Assembly: GCA_904063045.1 (NCBI GenBank)
Contig: CAJFCJ010000019.1
Location: 3,354,684-3,418,683 of the forward strand
Length of the DNA: 64,000 bases
Direction of reading: 5' to 3'
Origin: Dimorphilus gyrociliatus
Taxonomy: Eukaryota; Animalia; Annelida
The position numbers were made by a program, and so were the translations under genes. The notes below the pieces were generated by a model, which had not been told where the DNA came from, made no database searches, and saw nothing but the letters and a program-made list of their open reading frames with translations. This document shows positions 34,977-47,487 of this stretch, piece by piece. Positions within the stretch are counted from its first letter, which is position 1; every line of letters starts with the position of its first letter.

Positions 34977-37900
34977 CTATAGTTCCTCCCCCAAACGCTC
35001 AATTTCATCTATTAGGAAATCAATATCGCCAGGAATTGTTGCTGGATTAGAAATTACCATCCGGAAAAAATTGGGCAAATCGCCAAGAGGCTGATAACCA
35101 ACCATAGTTGTCCCCCTTTCCATCATCATAGCTTTGATTTTTGGTGCCACCTAGGAGAGTTAAATATAATTAGAAAAGATAAATTAAATGTAATATAATT
35201 GTTAAAGATTAATAATTACTTTATCAAGTAAGACATCTCTCTGAGAATCTTTTGGCATGTGGCGCATGTTTTTCGGAACATACCAGAAAGAAACGTTTAG
35301 AAATTCAGGCTAAAAATAATATCTCAAATGAATTTTTCAACTAGAATAATTAATATAAATTTTTAATTATAGACCTCTTCAATAACAAACTCAAAACCTT
35401 CTCTTTCCCTCAGCTGTCCCTGTAGATATCTATAAAAGAAAGAAAGATATAGACTTTTTAAAAGAAAACTAATTCATTCTAACATAGATAAATCCATTAA
35501 TCTGTCAATTTGAGATTCAAAACCAATATCTCCTTTAGCTCTCCACATCAACCATAGCTTAAACACGTCATTGTGTCTTCCACACTAAAAAACGTTTATA
35601 ACAGATAACATATTGTTTGAAAAACATAAAATAATCTAATAATATAATATTTCACCTGGATTGCCTTATCCCCGGTATCGTAGGAAATATCATAGTGTTT
35701 GTCTTGCTGGAATAGATAATTTGCTCTCAGTGAGTTACAATTTTCCAATATGCCCTTTAAGGGAAAAAAAACATGTTATTTACAGTATTTAAAAACCTGT
35801 CTCTGCCAAGTTACCTTTTCCTTTAATAGTATACCAGAGCACTGAAGAGTAGCTCCCATTAATTTATGAGGATTCCAAGTAACAGAATCTGCTCGTTCTA
35901 TACCATTCAACAGTTTCTTATATTGCTTCGAAAGTAAGGCGCCACCTCCCCAAGCGCACTTAAAAAATTAAAAACGCTAAATTAACTAAAATTTAAACTG
36001 CAATTTTATATCTTTTTCTCCAGTTGCACAGAAAACATTCTAAAATGTTGTTAAAATCTAACTCCTTATATATTTTTATACATTTATACTACTCACGTCT
36101 ACATGCATCCATAGCCCGTGCTTAAAAGCAACATCGCATATTTCGTTAATTGGATCAAAAGTTCCCAAGACAGTAGTACCACCTAGTTGATAAATGTAAA
36201 TATTTGTTTCTTAAATAAATAACTCACGAAATATATATTATATGTATACCAGTTGCCGATACAAAAAATGGAACTCCTCCACTCGCTTTAGCAATTTCTA
36301 TCTGTTTTTCCAAATCTTCTGGTATCATTTTACCTTGCGCATCAGTTTTTATAGCAATACAGTTATTGGTACCAATTCCCAGAATTGCAGCATTCCTTTT
36401 GATAGAAAAGTGACTCTAAAGGGGAAAAAGCAGATAATTCTAGTTCTAGGAGAGTAACAATTTGACAAGCATTTTATAACTAACGTGCTCCGAAGTGAAC
36501 ATTATGAGTCTTGGCGAAACTCTCATACCTTCTTCCTTTACTTCTGGACAAATACGATATCTAGCAGCCAGAACAGCGTACAAATTTGCAATGGCTCCAC
36601 CAGGTGCAAAAATACCGTCTCCCTTTCCCTCTTGCCATCCTATTATTTCCCTCATCTTTGTCAAGACTATCTCCTCCATAAGAGTAAAGACTGGAGCTAT
36701 TTCGTATGTGAACCTATCAAATAAAATATTATAAATTGGAGATATTTAATAAGAATAAATGTGTCTATTACATATTAGTATTAGCAGTGGCAGTCAACCA
36801 TTCTCCAGTCATTGCTATCATATCTAAGCCAGTTGATAATTGATTAAAGAAACGAGGATGCCCGGTTTTTACGCAATACTTTAGGGTTTCTTTACAATCG
36901 CTTAGAATCTGTTCCAAATCTCTGGGGTCTTCATCAAGATTCAAGCAATGACCGAGCGCCTCCTTCAAAGAGTGAGGATGATGAAAATCCAAAACTTTCG
37001 TACTTCTATCATTACTTTTCCTTATGTAATCAATCAGTATATCAACAACCTCCAGAATAAACTGTGAAGTTCTCTTTTGTCCTTGTTTGCTAATGTCTTT
37101 AGGTAGGAGTTCTAAACGAGTATAAAAACATATGAAAACACTTGTAACCTTTGATATCTAGCTATTAAATATAAAAATTTATACGGTATCAATTGAATAT
37201 ACTATAATTGGTGTAAACAAGTTTTTCCGTTTTTTATGTCTGTATAAGCAATTCTAAAGCAAAGCTAAATAAGTAAACCCCATTAACTTAACACTATCAA
37301 ATACCTCTAGTAAATGCACGCACTACTTGTCAACATCTTATTTAGAAATCAACTCTATCATAAATCCTATAAAAATTATCTAAGAAAATTTCTACTCTAT
37401 CAGATTATCTTATGGTAAAATATCAATTATAAAACTTATAAATAGCTATAATATTTTTGAATATTAATGAGTTTTTTTATAATGATATTCTTTACTTTAA
37501 ATATAGTAGGATGAAGATAGACAGAGAGAGAGAGGGGCAGAGAGATAAAAAGATTTATAAGAAAATATAGTCTTTAAAAAAAAAGGTGCTAGAAAAGTTC
37601 CGGCTAAAAAGTAGTCACGCGATGTCTATTAGGAGTCAATGACAGCTAATCAAGTGGCAAGCAAAGTTGTGTAGATTGTAAGCTACCAACTCTTATTAAT
37701 TTAAAGCTTGCAGAGTGTCATATTACAAGCTTTTGGAAAAACGTGTTGTTTCATCACAAATAAAAAAGGAGCTGACATCGTGCAATTCATTCATAACGTC
37801 TCAATATGAATTATCAATGGCAAACCTAACATTTTTCTTTCCATTTCATATATTATCATTCCTCAATAGTAGAGAGATAATCATGAATATGAGCTAACTA

Positions 37901-39978
37901 GAAAATGAAAAATTACATAGAGGAAATTCTTAACTCTCTTTCGAAGTATTTCAAACGATTATAATCAACTTTAATAAAGATAAATACTTTGTAGCTAAAG
38001 TCAAATGAAATCTATTCATTCTTACAAAGTTGAAATAGGAAATTAATATGTTTGTAGCATTTATTTAATAGACTTACCTTCCATAAAAACATTTTCGAAT
38101 TTGCTCCAGTCTGGTTCAAAAGATCCTAAAAGTTCTTCATTTTCCTGGATACTATTCTTTCCCAAACTCTTCGTCCTGAACAGATATGCGGCTCTCTTTC
38201 TGTCTCGTTGATGCATCAGCGTCCCAAGTTCATAGGACATTTCGTCTGATTTAGAGAGTATTTTTAAATGTAAGTTTAAGAAATATTGATGAGATAAAAA
38301 ATGCTCAATAACTATTCGAAACAGCTCCAATTTCCTTTCAGTGAAAGGGACAAACTAAAAAGTTTGCAGGAGACGGTAGAGACGCACGTCGGTCCCTCAA
38401 AGTGAATGGAACATTACAAATGAGCATATAATGGAATATATTAGCATATTTCTCCAAGCTTTTCTTTCACCAATAATAAAAAATATAGCTAGCAGGGTTA
38501 TACTTGTATCTTATAGTTTTTAAAACAGTTATTTAGCAATGATAACAAATAACATATAATAAAGAATTTTCGAGTATAATTGATTTTTTAAAAGCGTAGG
38601 AGCTCCTCTTTATTAAAATGAATATTACGGATGGAAAAGTCGCAGAGAATTTTTATTAACAGTCAAAAGAATGAAGGACAAAGATTTAATAACTTCGATT
38701 AATACGTTTTATTTAGATTTAGAAAATATACTCTTTTTTTATTGTTCTGCAGTTGAATATGTATATACTGAAAAAGAATATACATCTCCTACAAATGAGT
38801 GGTTCTCAGGATGGTCTACAACAATTTATTACATGATACAACAAACCCTAAAAAGATATGTCGTTATTCCAAAAGAACGTATAATATCAATATTCTTTAG
38901 CCGGAAAGTTTTTATCTATACAGTTGTACTCATATTTCAATCCTTAATAAACGTTCTTAAACACTCTGCTCAATTCATCAAAATATTAACTTTCACAGCG
39001 AATTTCTGAAGACGCTGTTGAAATCTAATATAGTCATCAATAAAATTCCAGACGAACAGATCTTGGAAACCGAGAATCGAAAAACGGAAATGTACAAGTG
39101 GCAAAACGCTTCACGGCAGCCTAAACACAGCTGACAGACGGGTGGGATAAAAAAAGGAACTCTCCAGTCAATAAAGCTGGGAGCTGTCAATTATATGATA
39201 GAGACGCCCTTTGCGAAAAAAAATTAATCATACGTTATATCATAGGCGATAAGGCATATTAAAACTATCATTTTTTTCACAACTCTCTTTCGCTCTTGAT
39301 TCATTGTTAGCTTTAAGAGTAATTTATACATTAAGTAGGAGTTGTTAAAGTCTCAACTTCCAGTTTTTCCTGTTTAAGGAAGGTAGGACATCCGAGTTTT
39401 TCTTCCAACTTAAATAATCGAACAACTTTTATTCATCTAAACGATGAAAATACAATTCATTTATCAGGAGAATGTATATACTTTATTAAAATATATAATC
39501 TTTATGATTTTCTCTTTTTGTACCCTTCAGCATTTCTTTTAAAGAATTATCACATTGAGAATTGCAATTAGACATTTACGAAATGTCTTAATGAAATCCT
39601 AACAGAAACTTTTTTCGATAACTTCGATTTTGGCTAAGTATCCTTTCAAGTCCTGCATCACCATATCCTTCGCTCTATGCCTTGAAAGAATTTTCTTCAA
39701 CTATCGTTCTTATGCAGAAAAGAATAATCTTTATGATAAAAAATATCCTACTCCCATAAGAAAACATTCTAACTCCTCTCTTAAAAATTATACATACTAT
39801 ATAAATTTATATATATATATATATATATATAAATTAGCAACAATCATCTTGGATTTAAAATTAACTGTGCTTTAGATAATTATAGTTTGGTAGTAAGAAA
39901 AACATGTAATTTTAATTTAAACCTAGCTAGAAGAGAAGAATAGTGCTTACCTTTTAAAGTACCAGTTTGTTGTAGCAT
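34977..39978 (-). CDS. GAD: Glutamate decarboxylase (PLP-dependent), multi-exon; first exon 39978-39951 tentative
   Basis: [58 protein letters not shown] (PLP lysine), [31 protein letters not shown]. The upstream exon [10 protein letters not shown]|GTAAG is phase-compatible with the acceptor at 38246. Confidence 0.95.
39807..39830. repeat. (TA)n microsatellite
   Basis: About 11 TA units in GAD intron 1. Confidence 0.85.
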
Positions 39979-40881
39979 TGTAAGGAAAGATTGATAATAA
40001 AACAAAGCTTTAAAATTTATTATCTCCTGCCAAAAAAGGAAAACAAAGATATTTTTTACAAACGTTTTGTTTATAATAAAAAATATTATTGTTGAAAATA
40101 ATTTTCAATTGTTTTATTCGTCTTCTTTTTAATAGAAGAATAAACAAGGCAGTTTATTGTTTGATACCTAATTGGCCTTTGTAATGATCAATCTCATTGG
40201 TTGAATAAATCGAAAAACTCTTGTGGAAAGTCATAGTTGAAAGATTTAAAATGAGAAATAAGTCTTCTCTGTTCTCCAACTCGCCTCCAAGTCTGTCTCT
40301 CAGAATTTCTTGCTCAGTTTTATTATCCGCAGTTAGATTCTCTTTTAGATATAATGAAAAACCGGAAGTGATACAACGATGGGGAATTGGTATTATCTGT
40401 ATTGATTTCGTTGAAAGGATACAGTAAAATACAGCGAACCGAATAGCTCATGTTTTTCTAATAGTATGAAAATTTTCATCTAAAAAGGGTTACTTTCTAT
40501 ATATTTGATAAAAATTAATAAAGACTTCAACAAAGTATTGAATTACTATTTAAACAATTCTCTGCTAGTTTAGCATTGATGAAAATATGATAAATGAATA
40601 TACAATCGATTCGGATGGATTGTTTATACATTAAAACAATTAGTATTGCTTATCCCGCAAAAAGTTCTATTCTCAATTTCAAGAACAACTTTGTAATGTT
40701 TATATTGAATAGACCACATTCAAAGGCTATTGAAAAATCAAAATACTTAACCAGAGCATCAAGGTAGACACTATTGTCAGGCACTTGTGTAAAACAGCAG
40801 TATCAGTGACTATATTATAATGACAAATACGCATAGAAATATCAACAACAAATTAAATATATTAAATATATATTGTCTTAT

Positions 40882-43800
40882 TCAATCAGATTTAATCTTT
40901 TTATCCTTTTGATCTTGATCTTGATCTCGATCTTGATCTTGTCCAAATACAAGATCTAAACTTTTGCTAACTCCCAAATTTAAATAGGTGATGACAACGT
41001 AAACGAAAGTATAATATTTCATAAAAAAATATATATAGAACCATGCTGGACTAGATGTAGGTATTTCAATTCTCTCAATAAATCTCACGAGCAACAGCGA
41101 TGTAATAATTCCGAATATTCGATACTTTATCGTGAATTTTGGTTTAAACGACCACGTTTTCAATTTTTCGAGTCCATAACCTAAGCCTAAAGAAAGAAAA
41201 TGATATTGTTTATAAATTGAATTTCAAATTAATTATAGTCAATTGCAAACCTAGAAGAGACGCTGAATCACGTATAAATGCACTCAAGACAGTTGTATTA
41301 TAATGAATCCATTCTTTCTTTTTACAATATTTAACGGCTAATTTAAATGACCAGTTCGTATCAATTCCAAAATAATATAAACTGTAATTCTGTAATAAAT
41401 TTCACCGTATATTTTATCGATTATGAACAATTTACTTATAGTTAGTATAGTTATTGTTACTTACCAAAGCAAATACTATTGCCAGTAATGGTAAACTAAC
41501 AAGAATATAATGTACTGAACTGTATCTCTTCACGTTTAGCCTACTAACGAATAGAGCCACAAAAAGTCCTGTAGATTTGTTATGTAAACAAGTATTGTTG
41601 TAGATTGAAATTTTGATTAAATTTCTTACAATAACAAATAGAAATTATTTTAAGTTACATCTTTAAAAACTTCCAAGTTCTATATCACATTAAAGCTGAA
41701 TTTTGACATAGCATTGTTAATAAGCACCTGCGTTTGATATATAGTGACTAATTGATTCTAATTATATCTCCAATGTTTCCGGTCTGTTTTTAGTTTGTGA
41801 TTATTTTTTAAAAGTTCTATTACCAGTTGTTTGCAATTGTGTCTTAACTATTTATAAGAGGAGGAGGAGGGGGTGGAAAGGGGAAACGTTATTTTAAAAG
41901 TTTGTAGTTTACCTGACAGAGTTCCTGTAACAACTTGATGAGGAAAATGAGTTGCAATAAAACATCTGGACATGCCAACTGCCGAAACAATTACAATAAA
42001 GATCAACCAAACAAATATACCAATTACAGGTCTGAAATATGATAGATATCTGGAAATATTATCAGGAATAAGTACTGAATATTTTTACCCTGCATGCGTA
42101 TATTTCATTATTCTACGAAGAACACTGTTTGTAATAAAAAAGAGAACAGCTGAAGTAACCATTGCATGACCTGATGGACTTCCTGGACCGGTTTCACAAG
42201 TTAGTTCATATTGATTCAGTGCTGGTAGAGTTGCATTTTTGCTTACAGCCGAATACCAATAAGGTCTATGACCGTATAAAAACCTTATTTTGAGATAAAA
42301 AATTGGGTTAAAAAAGTTAATAAAGACTTGGCAATTAATGGATAGTGTTCAATATATATATTTAGCGCCATCTGCTAGTTAGTTTGAAAATGAACAAAAA
42401 AGATTGATACATAGTACAAAGTTCGATTGAGTTGAGGCCATCTAAAATCTTTAACACATCTAGAAAAAAGGACGAAAATAAAATGTTCCGATCCGCATTA
42501 GCTCGAATTAGTCGGCAAACAGCCGGCGTTTCTTGGCAACAAAATCGAACGTTAGTATAAAACAACTTAATATAACTATCTATCCGATAAGATACTATAT
42601 TTAGGGTATACTCTTTATGCTAAAAGAAAAAAAAAGAATATCGTTAATGAAACCTAACCATCTGCCATGCAAAGATTTTTTTGATGGATGCCTTTGGTGA
42701 ATTGATATCGTTAGTTTTTCTTCACTCTTCTTGTAGAAAAACGCTCTACTAGTCAGAACTTATTGCCTACAGAGTGACAGTATAAGCAATTTATAACCTA
42801 CGACTTCACGTTAAAAAAAACAAATTCTTAATAAAAACTAAAGATTAATCACATATTTCGTAAGAACTCTATATTTATCTCCCTAGGTCACGTTAAGTCT
42901 CAGATCGTTTTTTAAAGATGACGTTTTTTACATCATTTAACTATACATTATAAAGTGTATCAATATGTATTTTCGTTATACTATCTGCTGATAACAGAGC
43001 AATAAAAGCGAATATGAAACCTCTTCAGCCAGTCCTAATCACTATTAGTCCTTTTCAGTTCTTTTAAGCCCTTCAGTGCAAAGCTATAGAATTTCTAGTA
43101 GGAGAGAAGCATTTACAAGAGTTAAAATACGACTGCAAAAAGTTTCTTTCTCATTTTTTTACTAGTTTATAGTAACTTGCATCTTTTTTCCCCTACAGTT
43201 ACCCAGTTTGCACTTTTAATACAAATCTACCGCAATCACAAGTTGATCCGAATTTTGAGGCAAAATTCTCTGACTATTTGTCAAAACTATTAAACAAGCC
43301 TAAAGAGCGAATTTACATACAAATTAACGGCGATTGTCGAATGTGTAGCAATAATGACAAGGAAACTAGAATGCTAATGGCTAGTATTAAGAGCATCGGA
43401 GTTTTCAATGAGAATTCCAACAAAGTTCTCGGACCTGAAATTCGCGACTATCTATGCGAGCATTTTGGAGTTGATAAAATGAAAATTACTCTATTACTAC
43501 AGGATCTGAAACAGCATGAGGCAGCTCACATTATGTAATGATACATGATTTGAGTTCATACCATAAATAAACATACGTTTAAAAATAGCTCTGTGATAAA
43601 CGATTGATTTTTTCAAATATGGTATTTTTTAGTTTCTTCTTCAGAGAAACATTCACGAATCAGTTTTAGAATGTAAAATACATAACCTAGCTAACTGTAG
43701 ATGGCGTTATTACATGAAATTTTAAAATTGAAATAACTTCACCATTTTAAAACACCATTGATCCATTCTGTTAAAGCAGCAACCCACAGGACTTTTACCC

Positions 43801-44017
43801 CTATATTTCCATTTAAGAAGAAACAGATGGGGAAATAGTAAATAAAAGCGAATGCCGGGTCTCCAAGTTTGGTTGTTTTAAGCATTAATTGATCATAAGA
43901 CTAAATGAAAAAAATAGTTAAGCTTTCACAGTAATAAAGACATATTAAATAATTTACTTTAAACATATCTTGTAGATCAGAGATCATTACAATACCTTTT
44001 TCGTGTAAACTCTCCAT
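40882..44017 (-). CDS. G6PC: Glucose-6-phosphatase catalytic subunit, multi-exon; 1.46-kb intron 43742-42284 hosts the MIF-like gene
   Basis: MESLHEKGIVMISDLQ...LGDPAFAFIYYFP...EWINGVLKW|FLYGHRPYW...TCETGPGSPSGHAM...SRCFIATHFPHQV. All three PAP2 catalytic motifs are present. The C-terminus KDKKIKSD is a KxKxx ER-retrieval motif. Confidence 0.95.
40911..40940. repeat. Coding hexamer tandem repeat (GATCTT)x5 encoding QDQDRDQDQD in the G6PC tail
   Basis: Five GATCTT units, one of them the variant GATCTC. Confidence 0.9.
42363..42378 (-). promoter_or_regulatory. CTCF-like motif about 105 bp upstream of the MIF-like ATG
   Basis: Reverse complement CTAGCAGATGGCGCTA resembles the CTCF consensus CCASYAGRKGGCGCTA. 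Confidence 0.5.
42483..43538 (+). CDS. MIF / D-dopachrome tautomerase-like protein with N-terminal mitochondrial-type presequence (exons 42483-42550, 43199-43538; 135 aa)
   Basis: Exon 2 encodes YPVCTFNTNLP...KPKERI...SIKSIG (MIF Pro1, TN motif, Lys32, SIG). Exon 1 MFRSALARISRQTAGVSWQQNR ends in phase 2 at a GTTAGT donor, matching the phase-2 acceptor at 43198. AATAAA follows at about 43566. Confidence 0.85.
43695..43709 (+). promoter_or_regulatory. CTCF-like motif downstream of the MIF-like gene, in the same G6PC intron
   Basis: CTGTAGATGGCGTTA, a weaker match to the CTCF core. Confidence 0.35.
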
Positions 44018-44332
44018 ACTTTATCGCTCGTTAGCTCAAAAGATAGCCAAGTCCTTGATCAAATTTTAATATAAATAGCTTAGTCTTTTTTTATTAATTG
44101 ACTGAGATCAGGAAGTGATGATTGTCAATTACAAATTTTACGCAGAATTAGTTAACATATATGTTTGTATTCAATAAATCGAAAAGGACACTGAAAGCTG
44201 AAAAATATTTGGATATCTTTTCGTTTGCGGAATTTTCCGAAATGCTAAAAAATATATCGCAATATATGTGAACTTCGTATTGTAGCCATACCAGCTGGAA
44301 GCACGTGTCGAGACTTTTGCTAAGCAAGAAAA

Positions 44333-47112
44333 ATGTCTCACTATAACTTCAAAAAGATAACTGTAGTCCCTACAGCAAAGGTGAGTTTACATGGAAAAGC
44401 TATAAAGCCTGATAGCTAACTATAGATTCTTCTGTTGAATAAATTTTTGTTAGACTGAGGGCGATATATTAAACCATGTTTTTTAGCATGAGGAACTAAC
44501 TGGCTACTTCTATAATTTCAGGACTTTGTTGATATTGTCTTGTCAAAGACACAGAGAAAGACTCCCACAGTTATTCACAGGCATTATGCCATCGGTAGAA
44601 TTCGACAATTCTATATGCGAAAAATTAAATTTTCGCAGCAGAGTTTTCACGATAAACTTACTCAGATAATTACAGACTTTCCTAAACTGGATGTGAGTAG
44701 TTAGAATAGAGCAATGAATTTGGAGTGGTAATATATATTATTATTTCTTTCATTTCACAGGATATCCATCCTTTTTACGCGGATTTGATGAATGTTTTGT
44801 ATGACAAAGACCATTACAAACTTGCCCTTGGTCAAATAAATACTGCGAAACATTTAGTTGACAAGTAATTACCATTTTCAGAGTATAAAAACTCAATCCT
44901 TTTAAATTAATACTAAATATGGCCCTTATTTTAGTGTTGGGAAAGAATATGTTAGATTGTTAAAATACGCAGATTCTCTCTATCGATGCAAACAACTTAA
45001 GATAGCTGCCCTTGGAAGGTAGTTTTTTAAAATTATTTCTCAATTATTTTAAACTTACTCTATTTGTTAGAATGTGCACAATTATGAAGAAGCAAGGTCA
45101 GAGTTTGGCATATTTAGAACAAGTTCGACAGCATTTGGGCCGTTTACCATCGATTGATCCGAATACTAGGACCTTGATAATAACTGGCTTTCCAAATGTT
45201 GGAAAGAGCTCATTTATAAATAAAGTTAGTTGAAGATAATAGTTAAAGGAACCCCTAATATAATTTTTATATTGTAGGTAACTAGAGCAGATGTAGAAGT
45301 TCAGCCATATGCTTTCACAACTAAAGCATTATATGTTGGGCACATGGATTATAGATATTTACGTTGGCAAGTTGTGGACACCCCAGGAATATTGGATCAC
45401 CCATTAGAGGAAAGAAATACTATAGAAATGCAAGCGATTACGGCTATGGCCCATCTAAGATCAGCCGTTCTTTATGTTATGGATTTATCGGAACAATGCG
45501 GACATAACTTACATCAACAATTAGCACTTTTTGAAAATATTAAACCTCTTTTTGCAAACAAACCACTAATAATATGTGCTAATAAAATTGATGTTAAAAA
45601 AATAGAAGATTTAGGACCAGAAGAAAGCGCCATATTTAAAAAGTAAGATTAGGAAAAATGTTTTTATAATTTACATAGACATCTTTAATATTTCAGGTTT
45701 GAAGAAGATGGTATCCCCGTTGTTGAAATGTCAACTCTAACGGAAAAAGGTGTTATGGAAGTTAAAGAAAGAGCTTGTGATTTGCTTCTTACTGATCGAG
45801 TTGAAACCAAGTTAAAAGGAAGGAAAATGAACGACGTTATCAACAGATTGCATTTAGCTGTACCAAATAAAAGAGATAATGTATCTAGACCACCATGTAT
45901 ACCTGAAGGAATTTCGAAGAAGCCTTCTATGGAAACAGGAGAGGAAAAAATGAAAAAGAAGCTGGAAAGAGATTTAGAAGTTGAACTTGCAGAAGACTAT
46001 ATTCTCGATTTGCAAAGTTCGTATTTGAGGTCTGAAAAAAAGAGAAAACTTATTAAACTAATAATTTACCTACAGAGAACTATGATTTAAACAATGAGGA
46101 TGAAAAGTATGATGCTATTCCACAAATATGGCAGGGTCATAATATATCTGATTTCATTGATCCTGAAATAATGAAGGTAATAGTATTCTGATTTTTTCAT
46201 TGTAAGAAATATTTAAAAATGTTTTCAATAGAAATTAGAAGAATTAGAAAAGGAAGAAGAGTTAAGAGAAAAAGCTGGTCTCTATGATGACGATGAAAGT
46301 GAGGAAGATGAAGAAATGAAAGAAATCAGGCAAACTGCTAGAAAGTTAGTCATATTTTGCCATTATCTTTCTTATTAAATTCAAAATAATCTTTTAACAC
46401 AGAATCCGTGAAAAACGTAAAATTATAACCCTTGAATCAAGAGAGAAGCGTAAAATTGAAAAGCCAAGGTTGCCTAGAACAGCCAAAAAAATAGATACCG
46501 GGGACATTCAGAAAGAGCTAGGAGAATTAGGACTTGACATCGAAGATAATGACAAGGTACAATAGTAATTAAAGTATTTGTTTGTAAATGAGGCTTTTTA
46601 TTGCCCTGTGGTTTCTAAATCTTGTTTACTTTTGGCAAAATTTAGTTTTAAGATGGGCAAAGATAAGAACTAGACTTATTCCTAGATTCAATTTACATGG
46701 TTGCCTCTAGAGCCAAAATTTAGTAACACTAAAAATTTTTGTATTTTGCAGACACATTTGGGTAAAGAAAGATCCAGAAGTTTACAGAGGAAGGCTTTGA
46801 AGAGAAAGCGAGAAGCTTCTGTTGTAGAGGATAGAAGCAAGAGTCGTGCCCGAAGTGCATCCCGACAACCCAGAGATAAATCAGGACTCCGAGATGAAAG
46901 CGTAAGCCATATTTTATGAATCCTTTAAAGAATTTACTTTAAAAAATTAAATCTTACAGATGGTCAAGAAGGCTAGAACAATAGCAAAGAATGCGCAGAA
47001 GAAAATGAATCGTGAGGCGAGAAAGGGAGAAGGTGATCGTAAGATATTTGACTTGAAACCGAAACACTTGTTTGCCGGAAAAAGAAAGATGGGCAAAACA
47101 GATAGACGTTAA
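44333..47112 (+). CDS. GTPBP4: Nucleolar GTP-binding protein 1, multi-exon
   Basis: [16 protein letters not shown]|[57 protein letters not shown], and the C-terminal [18 protein letters not shown]. Confidence 0.98.
46601..46731 (+). ncRNA. Box H/ACA snoRNA in NOG1 intron 46557-46751
   Basis: Hairpin 1 TTGCCC..CTAAAT/ATTTAG..GGGCAA, then H box AGATAA (46661-46666). Hairpin 2 ACTAGA..CTAGA/TCTAG..TTTAGT, then ACA (46726-46728) + 3 nt. Both upper stems lie about 15 nt from their boxes. Length about 131 nt, in an unusually long intron. Confidence 0.8.
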
Positions 47113-47487
47113 TTGTTATATCTTATTTAAAAAAAAATATACAGTTATTATATACATTTATGCTGGAAATACGTTAACCCCCTTTGCTTTGCAATAATTT
47201 CCGTAAGTGTGTATATTAATTTTTACGAATAATTCGTGTACATACATATTCAAAGTTGATGAGCGAAATTTTTGAAACTTGTGAAAGTTGTTAGGTTAAG
47301 GAAATTCTTCAAAGGGGTTCTAAGTTCAACCGCAATATTGAAAACAACCCAAATTTCTGCTAATAATACAGTTACAAATATACTTCAAATGCTATTTGTT
47401 GATATATGTATTATATCTTATATATAATCTTTGATTTTTGTACATTATCATTAAAATTTCATAAATTACTTTATTTAGGTTCTCTTT

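Noticed and set aside
38671-39875. ORFs 38671-39009, 38993-39190 and 39630-39875
   Set aside because: Low-complexity AT-rich intronic frames of GAD with no domain features.
42686-42703. ATG CCT TTG GTG AAT TGA as an alternative Met-Pro start for a cytosolic MIF isoform
   Set aside because: It stops after five codons, and exon 2 already contains its own Pro1, so it cannot supply a Met-Pro start.
44381-44521. Possible C/D snoRNA in NOG1 intron 1 (two CTGA motifs)
   Set aside because: No acceptable C box (RTGATGA) upstream and no terminal stem.
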